A stretch of DNA of 64,000 nt from Chloroflexota bacterium (GCA_027623195.1 JAQBUT010000012.1:23582-87581), one strand, 5' to 3'; positions 50,371 to 60,431 are shown, counted from the stretch's first letter. Made by a program: numbers and translations. Notes: a model not told the origin generated them from the letters alone.

Positions 50371-50946
50371 GTGGTGAAGGGACTTTTGGCATTAGCCCTG
50401 TTATTGATAACGGCGTGTTCCTTTCAGGAGGGTCCCAGCCTCGTGAAGCCGGATGAACCCACAGTTGTAGTTGTTGTGCCTACGTCCACACCAACGCCAG
50501 AAGACCTTATGTCAGGCAAATGGTTCAGCATAATCTCTGAGACGGTTTCGCACGAGGCTGGCAGCCTGAAAATAGACGTAAAGCAGTTGCGATTTAGCAC
50601 CCCTGAAAGGTTATTGCCGGATCTGACCGAGGCCGAACTCGTCAACTACGGTATTGCAGGCGCGCCATCATTGATAGCGGTGCGGATCAACGTGGAAAAC
50701 ATGGGGACGGACATGGTCGAATTTAACCCTTCCGGCTTCGGCAATGTGCTAACCGTGGGTGGTGTAGAGACGCGGCCCATCTTCGCCTTGACTGGCGAGA
50801 CAGCAAATTTGGCTGCGGGTGAAAAGGAAGGCTTTATGATGGTTTTCCCCGTGACGTATGAGTTGAATGATGTGCAGGAAGTGATGTATACGGTTCGCGG
50901 CAACAGCTACACCTTTTCAGATATCGATGCTAAGGGCTCCTTCTAG
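50371..50946 (+). CDS. Putative lipoprotein (Ig-like/DUF4352-like)
   Basis: GGAGGG RBS, hydrophobic stretch with ITAC lipobox, PT-rich linker, beta-rich domain. Confidence 0.65.
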   Translation: MVKGLLALALLLITACSFQEGPSLVKPDEPTVVVVVPTSTPTPEDLMSGKWFSIISETVSHEAGSLKIDVKQLRFSTPERLLPDLTEAELVNYGIAGAPSLIAVRINVENMGTDMVEFNPSGFGNVLTVGGVETRPIFALTGETANLAAGEKEGFMMVFPVTYELNDVQEVMYTVRGNSYTFSDIDAKGSF

Positions 50947-50957
50947 GCTAATTGGGA

Positions 50958-51323
50958 ATGGCTGTTTTCGAAGAGACGATTGCGAATGCGCTGGCCATTG
51001 ATCGCACCATAGACATAACGACGGCCGGCCGCAAAAGCGGCCAGCCGCGTCGGACGGAAATCTGGTTTCGGAACGCAGGTGGGCGGGTCTTCATTACGGG
51101 ATTGCCGGGTTTGAGGTCTTGGTTGGCCAACCTGCATGCCAATCCGGAGTTCACATTTCACCTGAAGGAAAGCGTTCAGGCCGATTTGTCGGCACGGGCA
51201 AGAATCGTCACCGACGTAGGCGAACGAAGGCAGATATTGCGCCTGCTATTAGATAGCCAACCCGGCAACGAATTCGAGGATTGGGTGGCTGGCAGTCCGG
51301 TGGTAGAGGTCGAGTTTACCTAG
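50958..51323 (+). CDS. Deazaflavin-dependent nitroreductase-like (F420 split-barrel) protein
   Basis: TTAGRKSGQPRRTEIW, WLANLHANP. Confidence 0.8.
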   Translation: MAVFEETIANALAIDRTIDITTAGRKSGQPRRTEIWFRNAGGRVFITGLPGLRSWLANLHANPEFTFHLKESVQADLSARARIVTDVGERRQILRLLLDSQPGNEFEDWVAGSPVVEVEFT

Positions 51324-51379
51324 CGGCAGTCAGCGCGAATTCAACCATCCCCGGACTAGGCCGTCCCCCAACAGATAAT

Positions 51380-52582
51380 CTAAAGCTCCACGCCTAGCGC
51401 CCCTGCAACGGTGTCTATGTCCTTGTCGCCACGACCGCTGAGTCCCAACAGAATGATCTTGTCCTTCGATAGCGTTGGGGCTAGCTTGGAAATGTGGTAG
51501 ATCGCATGGGCGGGCTCCAGCGCCGGGATGATGCCTTCGGAACGGCAGAGCAACTGGAATCCCTCCAACGCCTCGGTGTCCGACACGCTCACGTACTCCG
51601 CGCGGTTGGTGTCTTTTAGCCAGCTATGCTCAGGCCCAACGCCTGGGTAATCCAGACCTGCAGATATGCTGTGCGTCTCCATTACCTGGCCGTCGTCATC
51701 CTGTAGCAGATAAGACATGCTACCGTGAAGTACCCCAACCTCTCCTACCAACAGGGTCGACGCGTGGCGACCGGTCTCTATGCCATCACCTCCGGCCTCT
51801 ACACCGATTAGCTTCACGCTTTCGTCTTTGATGAACTCGTAGAATAGCCCCATGGCGTTGCTTCCACCGCCTACGCATGCTACGGCATAGTCCGGCAGGC
51901 GACCCACCGCATCTTGGAGCTGCTGTTTGGCCTCTATGCCTATGACTTTTTGAAGGTTCCTTACAATCAATGGGTATGGATGAGGTCCTACGACGCTGCC
52001 TATGAGGTAGTGAGTCGTCTCGACGTTGGTCACCCAGTCCCGAATGCACTCGTTGATGGCATCCTTTAGCGTACGGCTCCCAGAGGTAACCGATCGGACT
52101 TCAGCGCCCAGCAGTCTCATGCGGAAGACGTTTAGGGCTTGCCTATGAATGTCCTCTTCCCCCATGTAAACGATGCATTCCTGGTTAAGCATGGCGCAAA
52201 TAGTAGCCGTCGCAACGCCGTGTTGGCCTGCGCCCGTCTCGGCGATGATGCGGTTCTTGCCCATACGTTTGGCCAGCAACGCCTGCCCCAACGCGTTGTT
52301 TATCTTGTGCGCGCCAGTGTGAGCCAGGTCCTCTCGCTTGATGTATATCTGCGCCCCGCCCAGGTCGTTCGAGAGGTTCTTGGCGTGGTAAAGCGGCGTG
52401 GGCCTCCCAACGTAGTGAGTGGCTAGAGACTGCAACTCAGCCAGAAACTCCTCATCCACCATAGCCTTGGCGTACTCACGCTCGAGCTCTTCGATGGCGT
52501 TCATCAGGGTTTCTGGTACGAAGCGGCCTCCGAACTGACCGAATCTGCCTCGTTCGTCTGGAAGATTTTCTTGTGTTTGCAT
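51380..52582 (-). CDS. trpB: Tryptophan synthase beta chain
   Basis: [50 protein letters not shown]. Confidence 0.97.
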   Translation of the reverse strand: MQTQENLPDERGRFGQFGGRFVPETLMNAIEELEREYAKAMVDEEFLAELQSLATHYVGRPTPLYHAKNLSNDLGGAQIYIKREDLAHTGAHKINNALGQALLAKRMGKNRIIAETGAGQHGVATATICAMLNQECIVYMGEEDIHRQALNVFRMRLLGAEVRSVTSGSRTLKDAINECIRDWVTNVETTHYLIGSVVGPHPYPLIVRNLQKVIGIEAKQQLQDAVGRLPDYAVACVGGGSNAMGLFYEFIKDESVKLIGVEAGGDGIETGRHASTLLVGEVGVLHGSMSYLLQDDDGQVMETHSISAGLDYPGVGPEHSWLKDTNRAEYVSVSDTEALEGFQLLCRSEGIIPALEPAHAIYHISKLAPTLSKDKIILLGLSGRGDKDIDTVAGALGVEL

Positions 52583-52705
52583 GCGAATTCCTTCTTTTAA
52601 TTGGACATATGGCGCCTGGCCTTGTGTCAATTAGAACTACTCTGATGGCATTTTCAGGAGTGTATTGCCGGTTTGGGCCGACGTTCACCTATTATCGGGG
52701 GTCTG

Positions 52706-52734
52706 TTGACCTAACGCAACGCAGTGCCTAGAAT
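52706..52734 (+). promoter_or_regulatory. Sigma70-type promoter upstream of the FmdB-like gene
   Basis: TTGACC-N17-TAGAAT. Confidence 0.65.
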
Positions 52735-52858
52735 TAGCTCCGAGTCCCTGGGTTACGGTCGTCCGAATTGCCAGGCTGATGTCCGGCAAGGGCTAAACGG
52801 ATGGCTAGTTTTCCTCGTGTTTTGAGGAGACTCTCCGACAGATGATTAGGAGGCGAAA

Positions 52859-53098
52859 GTGCCCATTTACGAGTTCACGTGTACTAATTGCGAGCATAGA
52901 TTCGAGCAGTTGCGCCCAATGAATCGCATGGAAGAGCCTGCGCAATGTCCTATTTGCGAAAGGGACTCCAAGCGAGAGCTTTCGGTCTTTTCCGCTTTCA
53001 TGTCCAGCGAGGGCGGGCAGATGACCGCAGTTCCAGGAGCGGGAGGCGGCTGCTGTGGCGGTGGCGGGGGTGGATGTGCCTGCGCCATGGGCATGTAG
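52859..53098 (+). CDS. FmdB-family zinc-ribbon protein with Cys/Gly-rich tail
   Basis: MPIYEFTCTNC..CPIC, tail GGGCCGGGGGGCAC, AGGAGG RBS. Confidence 0.9.
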   Translation: MPIYEFTCTNCEHRFEQLRPMNRMEEPAQCPICERDSKRELSVFSAFMSSEGGQMTAVPGAGGGCCGGGGGGCACAMGM

Positions 53099-53226
53099 CT
53101 CCGTTCCATAGAAGTGAAAATACCAACCAAGTCCTCTCGCAAGTCAGCCAAAACAGTTGTGGCCTTATTTTGCGAGAGGACTTGGAACTGATTGCTGACA
53201 GCTAAGAGTTACCCTCAGGAGGCGAC

Positions 53227-53772
53227 ATGGCAACATCTACAAGGCGAAGAATGAATCTAGTAGACCCCACCACCGAGCCCGTCGTGCCTGAGTTTGCTGG
53301 GGCACCCAGGCTCACCGACCTGAAAAACAAGCGCGTGGGCGTGATAGACGACAGCAAGGTTAATGCCAAGGAGTGGCTCAAGGAGCTAACCGACCTTCTT
53401 GACGAGCGCTTCGGCATTGCCAGCCTCAAGTATCATGCCAAGCCGTCGGCCTCGAAACCTGCCGATCCGGCCGTGGTTGAAGAGCTTGCCCGGGAGTGCG
53501 ACTACGTTATCGTTGGGGTGGGTGATTGAGGGTCCTGTAGCGCGTGCTGTGTGCACGACGGGATTCACGTAGAAAATGCAGGCACCCCATCGGTTACGGT
53601 TTGCACTGACGCATTCATCGATACGTCCAAGTCCATGGCGGCCATGTGGGGGACGCCGGGCTACCCGACTATCTTCACGCCGCACCCGATAGCCGGCCTA
53701 TCGCAGGCGCAACTCCGCGCCAACGCAGAAGAGGTTATCGATAGAGTTGTGGGGATACTGACAGGGAAGTAG
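53227..53772 (+). CDS. UGSC-family selenoprotein (181 aa, Sec at codon 101)
   Basis: The ORFs 53227-53529 and 53551-53772 are in one frame, separated only by TGA: VGVGD-U-GSCSACCVHDG. Confidence 0.85.
53530..53566 (+). promoter_or_regulatory. Bacterial SECIS-like hairpin immediately 3' of the UGA
   Basis: GGGUCCUGU/ACGGGAUUC lower stem, AGCG bulge, CGUGC/GCACG upper stem, UGUGU loop. Confidence 0.65.
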
Positions 53773-53820
53773 CACGCAGGAAGCACTCGCCCAGCGACTA
53801 TTATCAAGCATCACAAATAG

Positions 53821-53867
53821 AAACAGAAAGGCGGAGGACACGTTGGGGTTCTCCGCCTTTCTGTTTT
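53821..53867. terminator. Bidirectional rho-independent terminator
   Basis: AAACAGAAAGGCGGAG / CTCCGCCTTTCTGTTT between convergent genes. Confidence 0.85.
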
Positions 53868-53937
53868 GAAAGGTCTTTTTTCTTGGGACTTTTAGACGTA
53901 CCAGAAGTCTAACTTTTGGCCACGCCTTCTACCGTCT

Positions 53938-54711
53938 TCAGTCGTTGGTATCTTTCGAGGTTATGAAGAAAAATCCCAGCCCAGTCGCCGCGAGGATAAG
54001 AATACCCACTATGGATACGATAATCTGTAGCGGGCCGTTCATGTAGGCAAGGGCGATGGCGTGAATGGCGCCTCCCAATGCAATTCGAGCCCACGTCTCC
54101 GCTTCTCTCCCTTTGGAATGAGGCCCCTCACCATTGACTCTTGTGGCCGTTCCCCCGAATAATGATCCGGGTTGCCAGGGCGCTCCGATTCGTGGCAGCG
54201 CCCATCTGTCCAGGCCCCACCAGCCGGCGATTTTCCAGGCCGCAAGAATGCCGAGGCCCAGGATTCCCATGACGGGGTTAATGCTGGCAGTGCCCGCTAG
54301 CATGAAGTTCCAGTTCATCAAGGCCCCAAAGAATGCGGCGATGCCAGTCAGGATGCCCAGGAGCAGCGCAATTCCTACGGCGACTTCGCCCAGCGCCACC
54401 AGTTTGCCAAACCATACGTGCAAGCCCAGATCCAGCATTATCTGGATGAAACCACGATACCAGTCGTAGGCTATAGCGGGGCGTCCTTCGTCGGGCACCA
54501 AAACGATGCGTTGCCAAAATCCCAGTACCGCCGCGCCGTTACCGAACCACGCCTCATCGAACAGCTTGTGCCAACCTGAACTCAACCATTGAATTCCCAG
54601 GTAAATGCGGACGAAGAGCCATATCCAGGAGTATTCGGTGCTGCTGAACAGCAAGCTTACCCAACGTGGGTTCGCAAGCATGGAAGATGGACTGCTATTA
54701 TTTGAAGCCAC
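53938..54711 (-). CDS. DoxX/DoxD (TQO small subunit-like) membrane protein
   Basis: RIYLGIQWLSSGWHKL, WYRGF, GEVAVGIALLLG, MNWNFMLAG..SINP, GLDRW. Confidence 0.85.
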   Translation of the reverse strand: MASNNSSPSSMLANPRWVSLLFSSTEYSWIWLFVRIYLGIQWLSSGWHKLFDEAWFGNGAAVLGFWQRIVLVPDEGRPAIAYDWYRGFIQIMLDLGLHVWFGKLVALGEVAVGIALLLGILTGIAAFFGALMNWNFMLAGTASINPVMGILGLGILAAWKIAGWWGLDRWALPRIGAPWQPGSLFGGTATRVNGEGPHSKGREAETWARIALGGAIHAIALAYMNGPLQIIVSIVGILILAATGLGFFFITSKDTND

Positions 54712-55076
54712 TTAGACCCTCCCCGAAGTCAAAACAATGTTGAGAGGCCGCGGTGCGTCTGCCCCCTTCGGTCGTCGATGGCTACCAGTGTTTGTGCCGG
54801 GGTAGGCAAAGATAGGGCACCAGGCCAATGTTGGGGAAGTATAGAACCTAACCTGTGAGATACCAGTCCAATTGAAGCGATGGCGCAATGTTTCTAACTG
54901 GGAAGAGGCTTTTTCACAGGGTATGTATATCTAAGGATGCTGAGCTGGACAGGGCCGGTTTGCCAAAAATCTTGGTAATCGTTTTTCTCGGAAGAGGTTT
55001 GGACCTGGCGGGCCGACAAAAAGGTGACCCCACCAATCAGCATCGTTTGAATGGCTTAATTCCCCAGATCCGTTTC

Positions 55077-55925
55077 TCAGCTATTGTCTGTTTCGGTCAC
55101 AGTTGGTGTTGTTACAGCAGGCACGTTTTCCTCCGGTTTCGAAGTGTCGATCTTGCTTAGTGGCACAGCTTTGTGGGTGAGGTATCCGGCGTGGCTAATA
55201 CCCAACAAAGCTATAATTCCTTCGTTCAATGCGGGGAACTCTTTGATCATAGGCTTGATTGCATTTGCTGCCGGGGTAGAGAACATATCCTGCATGTTAA
55301 CGGTGTAGGCGAACACGATGACCAGGGTGAAAAAGAGCATCTGGACCTTAGCCAAGTCCAGGTTCGGCCCGTTTCCCGTCTCTTCGCCATCGAACATATC
55401 GCTCAGGCTGGCGTCTTTCGGGAATTTGTTACTGAGGATAAGCCCCTGATTCATGACGTCCTTAACATTCTTCTTTTTTGCATTCGACATCGAGGTTTTG
55501 TTATCGTCAAATTGTTTCTTGTCAGGTTCTGTTCTCTTCTTCGTACTTTTAATCAGGGGGGAGCCCACCAACGACGTGGTACTGATGCCCATGAGAATCC
55601 ACAATTCCGCTGGAATCGCTATATCCAATGGGTTGGAGTAATTGTTTGCGTAATTCATAAGGGCTGCGGTTAGGAAGGTGGAGATAACTATTATGGTCCA
55701 AAGAACGAGCTGAAACCGAGATAGGCTGACCTTGTTTCGATCATCAATCAGCGCGCCTAACCAGACGCCTGTAGCCCCATGTCCTGCGATGCCGATGATC
55801 AGCACCATGAGAAGCATGGTTATCAGCCAAGGGGCAATCCCCATCTCCAGAAAAAGGCCTACGATTCCAATCAAAACCAGGAGAACCAGAAGTGCAATAG
55901 TGTGCAGCGGATTCCAATTGTTCAT
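55077..55925 (-). CDS. Hypothetical membrane protein with internal duplication
   Basis: SLSRFQLVLWT..LMGIS and DLAKVQMLFFT..LLGIS repeats; AT-richer DNA. Confidence 0.75.
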   Translation of the reverse strand: MNNWNPLHTIALLVLLVLIGIVGLFLEMGIAPWLITMLLMVLIIGIAGHGATGVWLGALIDDRNKVSLSRFQLVLWTIIVISTFLTAALMNYANNYSNPLDIAIPAELWILMGISTTSLVGSPLIKSTKKRTEPDKKQFDDNKTSMSNAKKKNVKDVMNQGLILSNKFPKDASLSDMFDGEETGNGPNLDLAKVQMLFFTLVIVFAYTVNMQDMFSTPAANAIKPMIKEFPALNEGIIALLGISHAGYLTHKAVPLSKIDTSKPEENVPAVTTPTVTETDNS

Positions 55926-56135
55926 TGACCTTCACCTTCTAAGAATTTCAGTGGTTTAGCTCTTACACCATAATCAAGAATAACGAATGCACCTATTATA
56001 TAAGACGAAAATAAGGGGTAAACCAAAGATTTATGAGACATTACCACCATGTTTTTGTAAAGTCAATCCGCGATGGCCTGCTAAAACTTCCAACCCAGAA
56101 TTGCCGGGGCAGTCTGACTGCTCTCCCTTGATGGC

Positions 56136-56828
56136 TTATTGGACAGAGGGCAACCATCGCCTGGTCAAGCGTGGCAGGAAGGCGAATAGCAGCGCCAGGA
56201 CGATGGTGGACACGGCGATGAGCATCGTAGCGTCGAAGAAGAAGTTCTGAGGGAACATGGCGATCAGGTAATCCCGACGCGGGTCCAATTGCCAGAAGTC
56301 GTTGCTGAAGCTGACGAGGTGGAACAGAAGGAAAAGCTGGTTGAAGGCTACCGTCGATAGCAGGCCTACGAATACCACCAACCCCAACGTCACCACGCCT
56401 CCACGGCTGAGTACTCGCGACAGGGATTCCGTGAATTTTCGTCGCGCCTTATAGAAGCCCACGGCGGCGAAGGCCAGCAGGTAGAGGCCCGTGACCTCCT
56501 GTACGCGGTATACGTTCCTGACCAGGTCTTTAACATCCTTCATATGGTCGATCTCTCTCTGGTTGTACAGGCTCTCCACCAGTACACCCAGTACGAAGGT
56601 GCGTATGATTAGCAGCTCCTCATCGTTGTTGAAGTATTCCCTAAGTTGGGCTCCGGCATCGATAAGATCATCCCTCTGGATGCCGGTGTAATCGGGGATG
56701 CTATACTTGTCGAAGCCGTAGCTGTACAGGCCGGGAAAGTTGATTACCCAGCGTACACTGGTGGTAATCAGGAAGACCGGTACCAGTACGATGAAGAGTA
56801 TGACGGCTGCTTTTCTTGCAATTTCCAT
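56136..56828 (-). CDS. TIGR01906/DUF1461-family membrane protein
   Basis: EIDHMKDVKDL, FHLVSFSNDFW, LIAMFPQNFF. Confidence 0.85.
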   Translation of the reverse strand: MEIARKAAVILFIVLVPVFLITTSVRWVINFPGLYSYGFDKYSIPDYTGIQRDDLIDAGAQLREYFNNDEELLIIRTFVLGVLVESLYNQREIDHMKDVKDLVRNVYRVQEVTGLYLLAFAAVGFYKARRKFTESLSRVLSRGGVVTLGLVVFVGLLSTVAFNQLFLLFHLVSFSNDFWQLDPRRDYLIAMFPQNFFFDATMLIAVSTIVLALLFAFLPRLTRRWLPSVQ

Positions 56829-56849
56829 AGGGCACTTATGATATCACTA

Positions 56850-56884
56850 ACGTCAGTGCAGAAAACGTGGTCCTGCACTGACGT
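56850..56884. repeat. Perfect 12-bp inverted repeat in a divergent intergenic region
   Basis: ACGTCAGTGCAG-N11-CTGCACTGACGT. Confidence 0.8.
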
Positions 56885-56901
56885 GATTTAGGAGAAAAAG
56901 G

Positions 56902-57726
56902 TTGGACTTCGGTGTCAGCGCCTCCAGGATATTCCCCAGTACCTACGATGGAGTTATGCAGGTGCTTAAACGCCTGCGCGGACAAAACGGTTGTCCGTGG
57001 GACAAGGAACAGACCCACGAGTCGTTAAAAGAGGCCTTGCTGGAGGAGTGTTACGAGCTAGTGGAGGCCATAGAAGAGGGCGACACCCACAAGATGTCAG
57101 AGGAGCTAGGCGACGTAATCCTCAACGTGGCTTTCCACGCCAACATTGCCGAGGAGCAGGGTGAGTTTACCTCCGGAAATGTCTTCGCCGGGCTAATAGA
57201 CAAGCTGGTGCGCCGTCACCCTCACGTTTTCTCCGGCGTGAAAGTTTCCGGTTCGGCAGAGGTAGTGGCCAACTGGGATGCCATCAAGCAGCGAGAGCGA
57301 GGCGGTGCTGACGAATCGGCCCTGGGCGGCGTTCCCAAGGCCATGCCGGCGCTATCTTACGCGCAGACCATACAGCGCAGAGCGGCGAGGACGGGTTTCG
57401 ACTGGGAAGATTTCAAGGGCGTGTTGGACAAGGTGTCTGAGGAGGTGGCGGAGATCCATGCCGCCGAGTCGGACGTTCAGCAGGAACAAGAGTTGGGAGA
57501 CCTTCTCTTCTCAGTGGTGAATGCCTGTCGCTGGATGGGGGTGGAGGCAGAGACGGCATTGCGACATGCCAACGCACGTTTCTACGGACGGTTCACTGGC
57601 ATGGAAAGTTTCTGCAGCCAACGCGATATCGACTTCCGCCAACTCTCGCTGGATGAAAAAGAAGGGCTCTGGCAAGAGGTCAAAGCCAGGGAAGGGGAGC
57701 CGGGAATAGCCGACCAGGGCGACTAA
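56902..57726 (+). CDS. mazG: Nucleoside triphosphate pyrophosphohydrolase
   Basis: GCPWDKEQTH, EELGD, KLVRRHPHVF, GFDW, ELGDLLF. Confidence 0.95.
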   Translation: MDFGVSASRIFPSTYDGVMQVLKRLRGQNGCPWDKEQTHESLKEALLEECYELVEAIEEGDTHKMSEELGDVILNVAFHANIAEEQGEFTSGNVFAGLIDKLVRRHPHVFSGVKVSGSAEVVANWDAIKQRERGGADESALGGVPKAMPALSYAQTIQRRAARTGFDWEDFKGVLDKVSEEVAEIHAAESDVQQEQELGDLLFSVVNACRWMGVEAETALRHANARFYGRFTGMESFCSQRDIDFRQLSLDEKEGLWQEVKAREGEPGIADQGD

Positions 57727-57775
57727 GAGACTTGCTGTCGCCCCGTCCCCTCTCCCACGCATGGAATCCCCAATG

Positions 57776-59287
57776 TCACTCCAGTTGCCACAGGTCTCGG
57801 TAGAAGAACGTCCCACAGCCAAGAACCGCGAGAACAATTGTGGCGGCGATTAAGTTGGCGGCGGAAGCGCCCATGGACTGGGCCACTATTCCGGCCATTA
57901 GACTGCCCACGGGCATGAGACCGAAGGTCAGCATGTATATGCCAGTTACGCGTCCTCTTATCCCGTCTGGCAGCATGCCCTGTACTGTGGCCATGGATAT
58001 GGAGAAATACCCCATAACGCCTATGCTTCCCAGCATGATGATGGGGTAGGCCAGTCTGAGGTCAGAATTCATTGCCATGGCAATCATGGATAGCGCGGCC
58101 AACGCCACACATCCGAGCATGATTCGCCCATTTCTTCGAGTATCGCCCATGGAGGCTAATGTCAGCGTCCCCAGAATGGCTCCCGCGCCGATAGACGACA
58201 TCAGTAATCCCAAAGTGGTGGGACCTGCGTTAAAGACCTCCGCTGCGTACACCGGCAAAAGCCCGTGGAAGAACGGAATAATCAAGACCGGGGGCAAGAG
58301 TCCAAAGAGGAAAAGCCCGCTTAAAAGCCGGTTTGATTTGATATAGGCTGCGCCGTCTTTGATGTCGTTTATAGTCGATCGCGCATTGAGGAATGTCCTT
58401 GGCTTCGCTGGTAACCGCAGACCCAGCATCATTGCGCTGGCGGCGGCCAGAAATAACGCCTCTATAAGCAGGGCTGCTCCTGCTCCTGCCACGGCCAGGA
58501 TGACTCCTCCCAGGGCCGGAGCGGCCAAGCGCGTGAGGCTGAAAGCCAGAGAATTAAGTGCAAAGGCATTAACCAGGTTATGCCTGGGAACGACGCTCGG
58601 GATAATAGACATTCGGGCAGGATCGGTTATTATCCACGATATGCCCATAAGGAATACAAAGGCGAAAATGTGCCACGCCTGGGTACCTCCTGCTATTACA
58701 CTTATGCCAAATCCCAACGCCAGCAACGTCTGGTATGCCAGGACTACTGTCATAAGTTTGCGTTTGTCCCAGGTGTCTACAATCACTCCGCCTAGAGGAC
58801 CAGCCAGAAGGATAGGCAGCGCGTCCAGGCCCATGGCGATGCTGGTAAGCAGGGCCGACTGGGTGAGCTGGTACGTTAGCCAACCTACGATGACCACCTG
58901 GAGCCAGAATCCTGCGCTAAAGAGGAAGCTTGAGAGCCACATGTATCGGTAGTTGGTGTAGCTGAAAGAGTCGAAGGTGTGTACCTTCGAGGGCAGGTGA
59001 ACGGGCCGTATATGCGGGTGCGGGATGTGAGGATAAAACGGGCGTCGCCGAGCGGGCGGAACCATTACGGCTCCCGCTGGGTGCACAATTATGTCGCCCA
59101 CGGGGTGCGCGGTTGCCACCGAGGCCTGCGCCACAGTGGCTTGCATACTCACTGCCGGGACTTCGGCCTCAGCGGAAACGAGGCTCTTGACGTCGGGCGA
59201 AGGAGCGTCTAGCGGACTGTGTGTGAGGTCTATGAACGCTGGGGAGTCTTGAAGATTCGGAATTGCGCTAGACTCGGACTTGTTCAA
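57776..59287 (-). CDS. MFS transporter with extended Pro/His-rich N-terminus
   Basis: About 12 TM, GVIVDTWDKRK, IRGRVTG. Start uncertain. Confidence 0.88.
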   Translation of the reverse strand: MNKSESSAIPNLQDSPAFIDLTHSPLDAPSPDVKSLVSAEAEVPAVSMQATVAQASVATAHPVGDIIVHPAGAVMVPPARRRPFYPHIPHPHIRPVHLPSKVHTFDSFSYTNYRYMWLSSFLFSAGFWLQVVIVGWLTYQLTQSALLTSIAMGLDALPILLAGPLGGVIVDTWDKRKLMTVVLAYQTLLALGFGISVIAGGTQAWHIFAFVFLMGISWIITDPARMSIIPSVVPRHNLVNAFALNSLAFSLTRLAAPALGGVILAVAGAGAALLIEALFLAAASAMMLGLRLPAKPRTFLNARSTINDIKDGAAYIKSNRLLSGLFLFGLLPPVLIIPFFHGLLPVYAAEVFNAGPTTLGLLMSSIGAGAILGTLTLASMGDTRRNGRIMLGCVALAALSMIAMAMNSDLRLAYPIIMLGSIGVMGYFSISMATVQGMLPDGIRGRVTGIYMLTFGLMPVGSLMAGIVAQSMGASAANLIAATIVLAVLGCGTFFYRDLWQLE

Positions 59288-59512
59288 TTGTGGTTACTGA
59301 GCACCTCTAATGAGATTTCCTCGTTGTGCGTGGGGACTTTCTGCATTCTCACTATCAAAAAAATGTAACACATTCATGAAAAAAAATACATGATAAAACG
59401 ATACAGCATATATAGGGCAATCGTACTATATTTAGTAAGAAAACCTAGCTGTTCAATGGAGAAAAGTCGGCTATATCTAATGGTGAGATTGGCTTAACGG
59501 AGCAAGGTTCGC

Positions 59513-60325
59513 CTAAAAGCGCATCGAACTCAGTCTAATTCGTGTCTCTATCTCATTAGCTAAGGATTCGACCAGGGCGCCGGAGGGATTCATGAGAAGC
59601 TGACGTAGACCTCGTCGGGGCCTCATAACGACGGGCTTCCGTGGTGCGCCAGCCATTTCAGCGGCGAGATCAATCGCTGAATCCAGGTCACCCAATTCGT
59701 CTACTAGATTCAGTTCCAAGGCCTTGGGTGCCCAGTACACCTCGCCAGTGGCTATTTCACGGACCTTTGCTTCGTCCATGTTGCGGCCCTTGGCTACGAT
59801 GGACACGAAGGTTTCGTAAGAGTCATCGATTAGCTCTTGCATCTTCACCTGTTCGTCGTCCGTGGCCTCACGCCAGAACGCGCCCATGTCCTTATACGGT
59901 CCGCTCTTGTTCACGTTGACGCTGACTCCTACCCGCTCCAGGAGCTCCTGTAGCCCAGGCCTGACAGAGATTACGCCTATGGAGCCTATGATGGCCCCAG
60001 GAGAGGCGATGATCTTGTTTGCCGCGCAGCCTATGTAGTACGCGCCGGAGGCTCCCAGGCCACGGATGCTCGCCACTACTGGCTTTCGTTCCGCTACTTT
60101 CAATACGCTGCGGTAGAGGTAGTCTGACTCCGAAACCCCTCCGCCGGGGGAGTCTATGTCCAGGACCAGGGCGCGAATGCGGTGATTTTTGGCTATGTTG
60201 GACAAGATATGTTCGTACTGATGCGACTTGATGTGCCCGCCTATGGTGCCGAAGAGTTCCACTACAGCTACACGATGTAGCATGGTCGGGTTGGCCTGGA
60301 GTACGAGCATGCGGGCTCCCTTCAT
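59513..60325 (-). CDS. sppA: Signal peptide peptidase SppA (S49, short form)
   Basis: IDSPGG, ASGAYY, GSIGV, KSGPYKD, LVDELG. Confidence 0.88.
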   Translation of the reverse strand: MKGARMLVLQANPTMLHRVAVVELFGTIGGHIKSHQYEHILSNIAKNHRIRALVLDIDSPGGGVSESDYLYRSVLKVAERKPVVASIRGLGASGAYYIGCAANKIIASPGAIIGSIGVISVRPGLQELLERVGVSVNVNKSGPYKDMGAFWREATDDEQVKMQELIDDSYETFVSIVAKGRNMDEAKVREIATGEVYWAPKALELNLVDELGDLDSAIDLAAEMAGAPRKPVVMRPRRGLRQLLMNPSGALVESLANEIETRIRLSSMRF

Positions 60326-60431
60326 ACATAACTTTTTTGCGTTCGGTATATCCAGTATTGTAACGAGGCTGGACTGCGCAGGGTAGTTTAGACGCAGAAA
60401 GATTCCCTGCGGCTTGCGCCATCCCTTGCCG

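Noticed and set aside
51380..52582. trpB without trpA as a novel stand-alone enzyme
   Set aside because: The sequence is an ordinary TrpB1. trpA may be elsewhere in the genome, which cannot be judged from this window.
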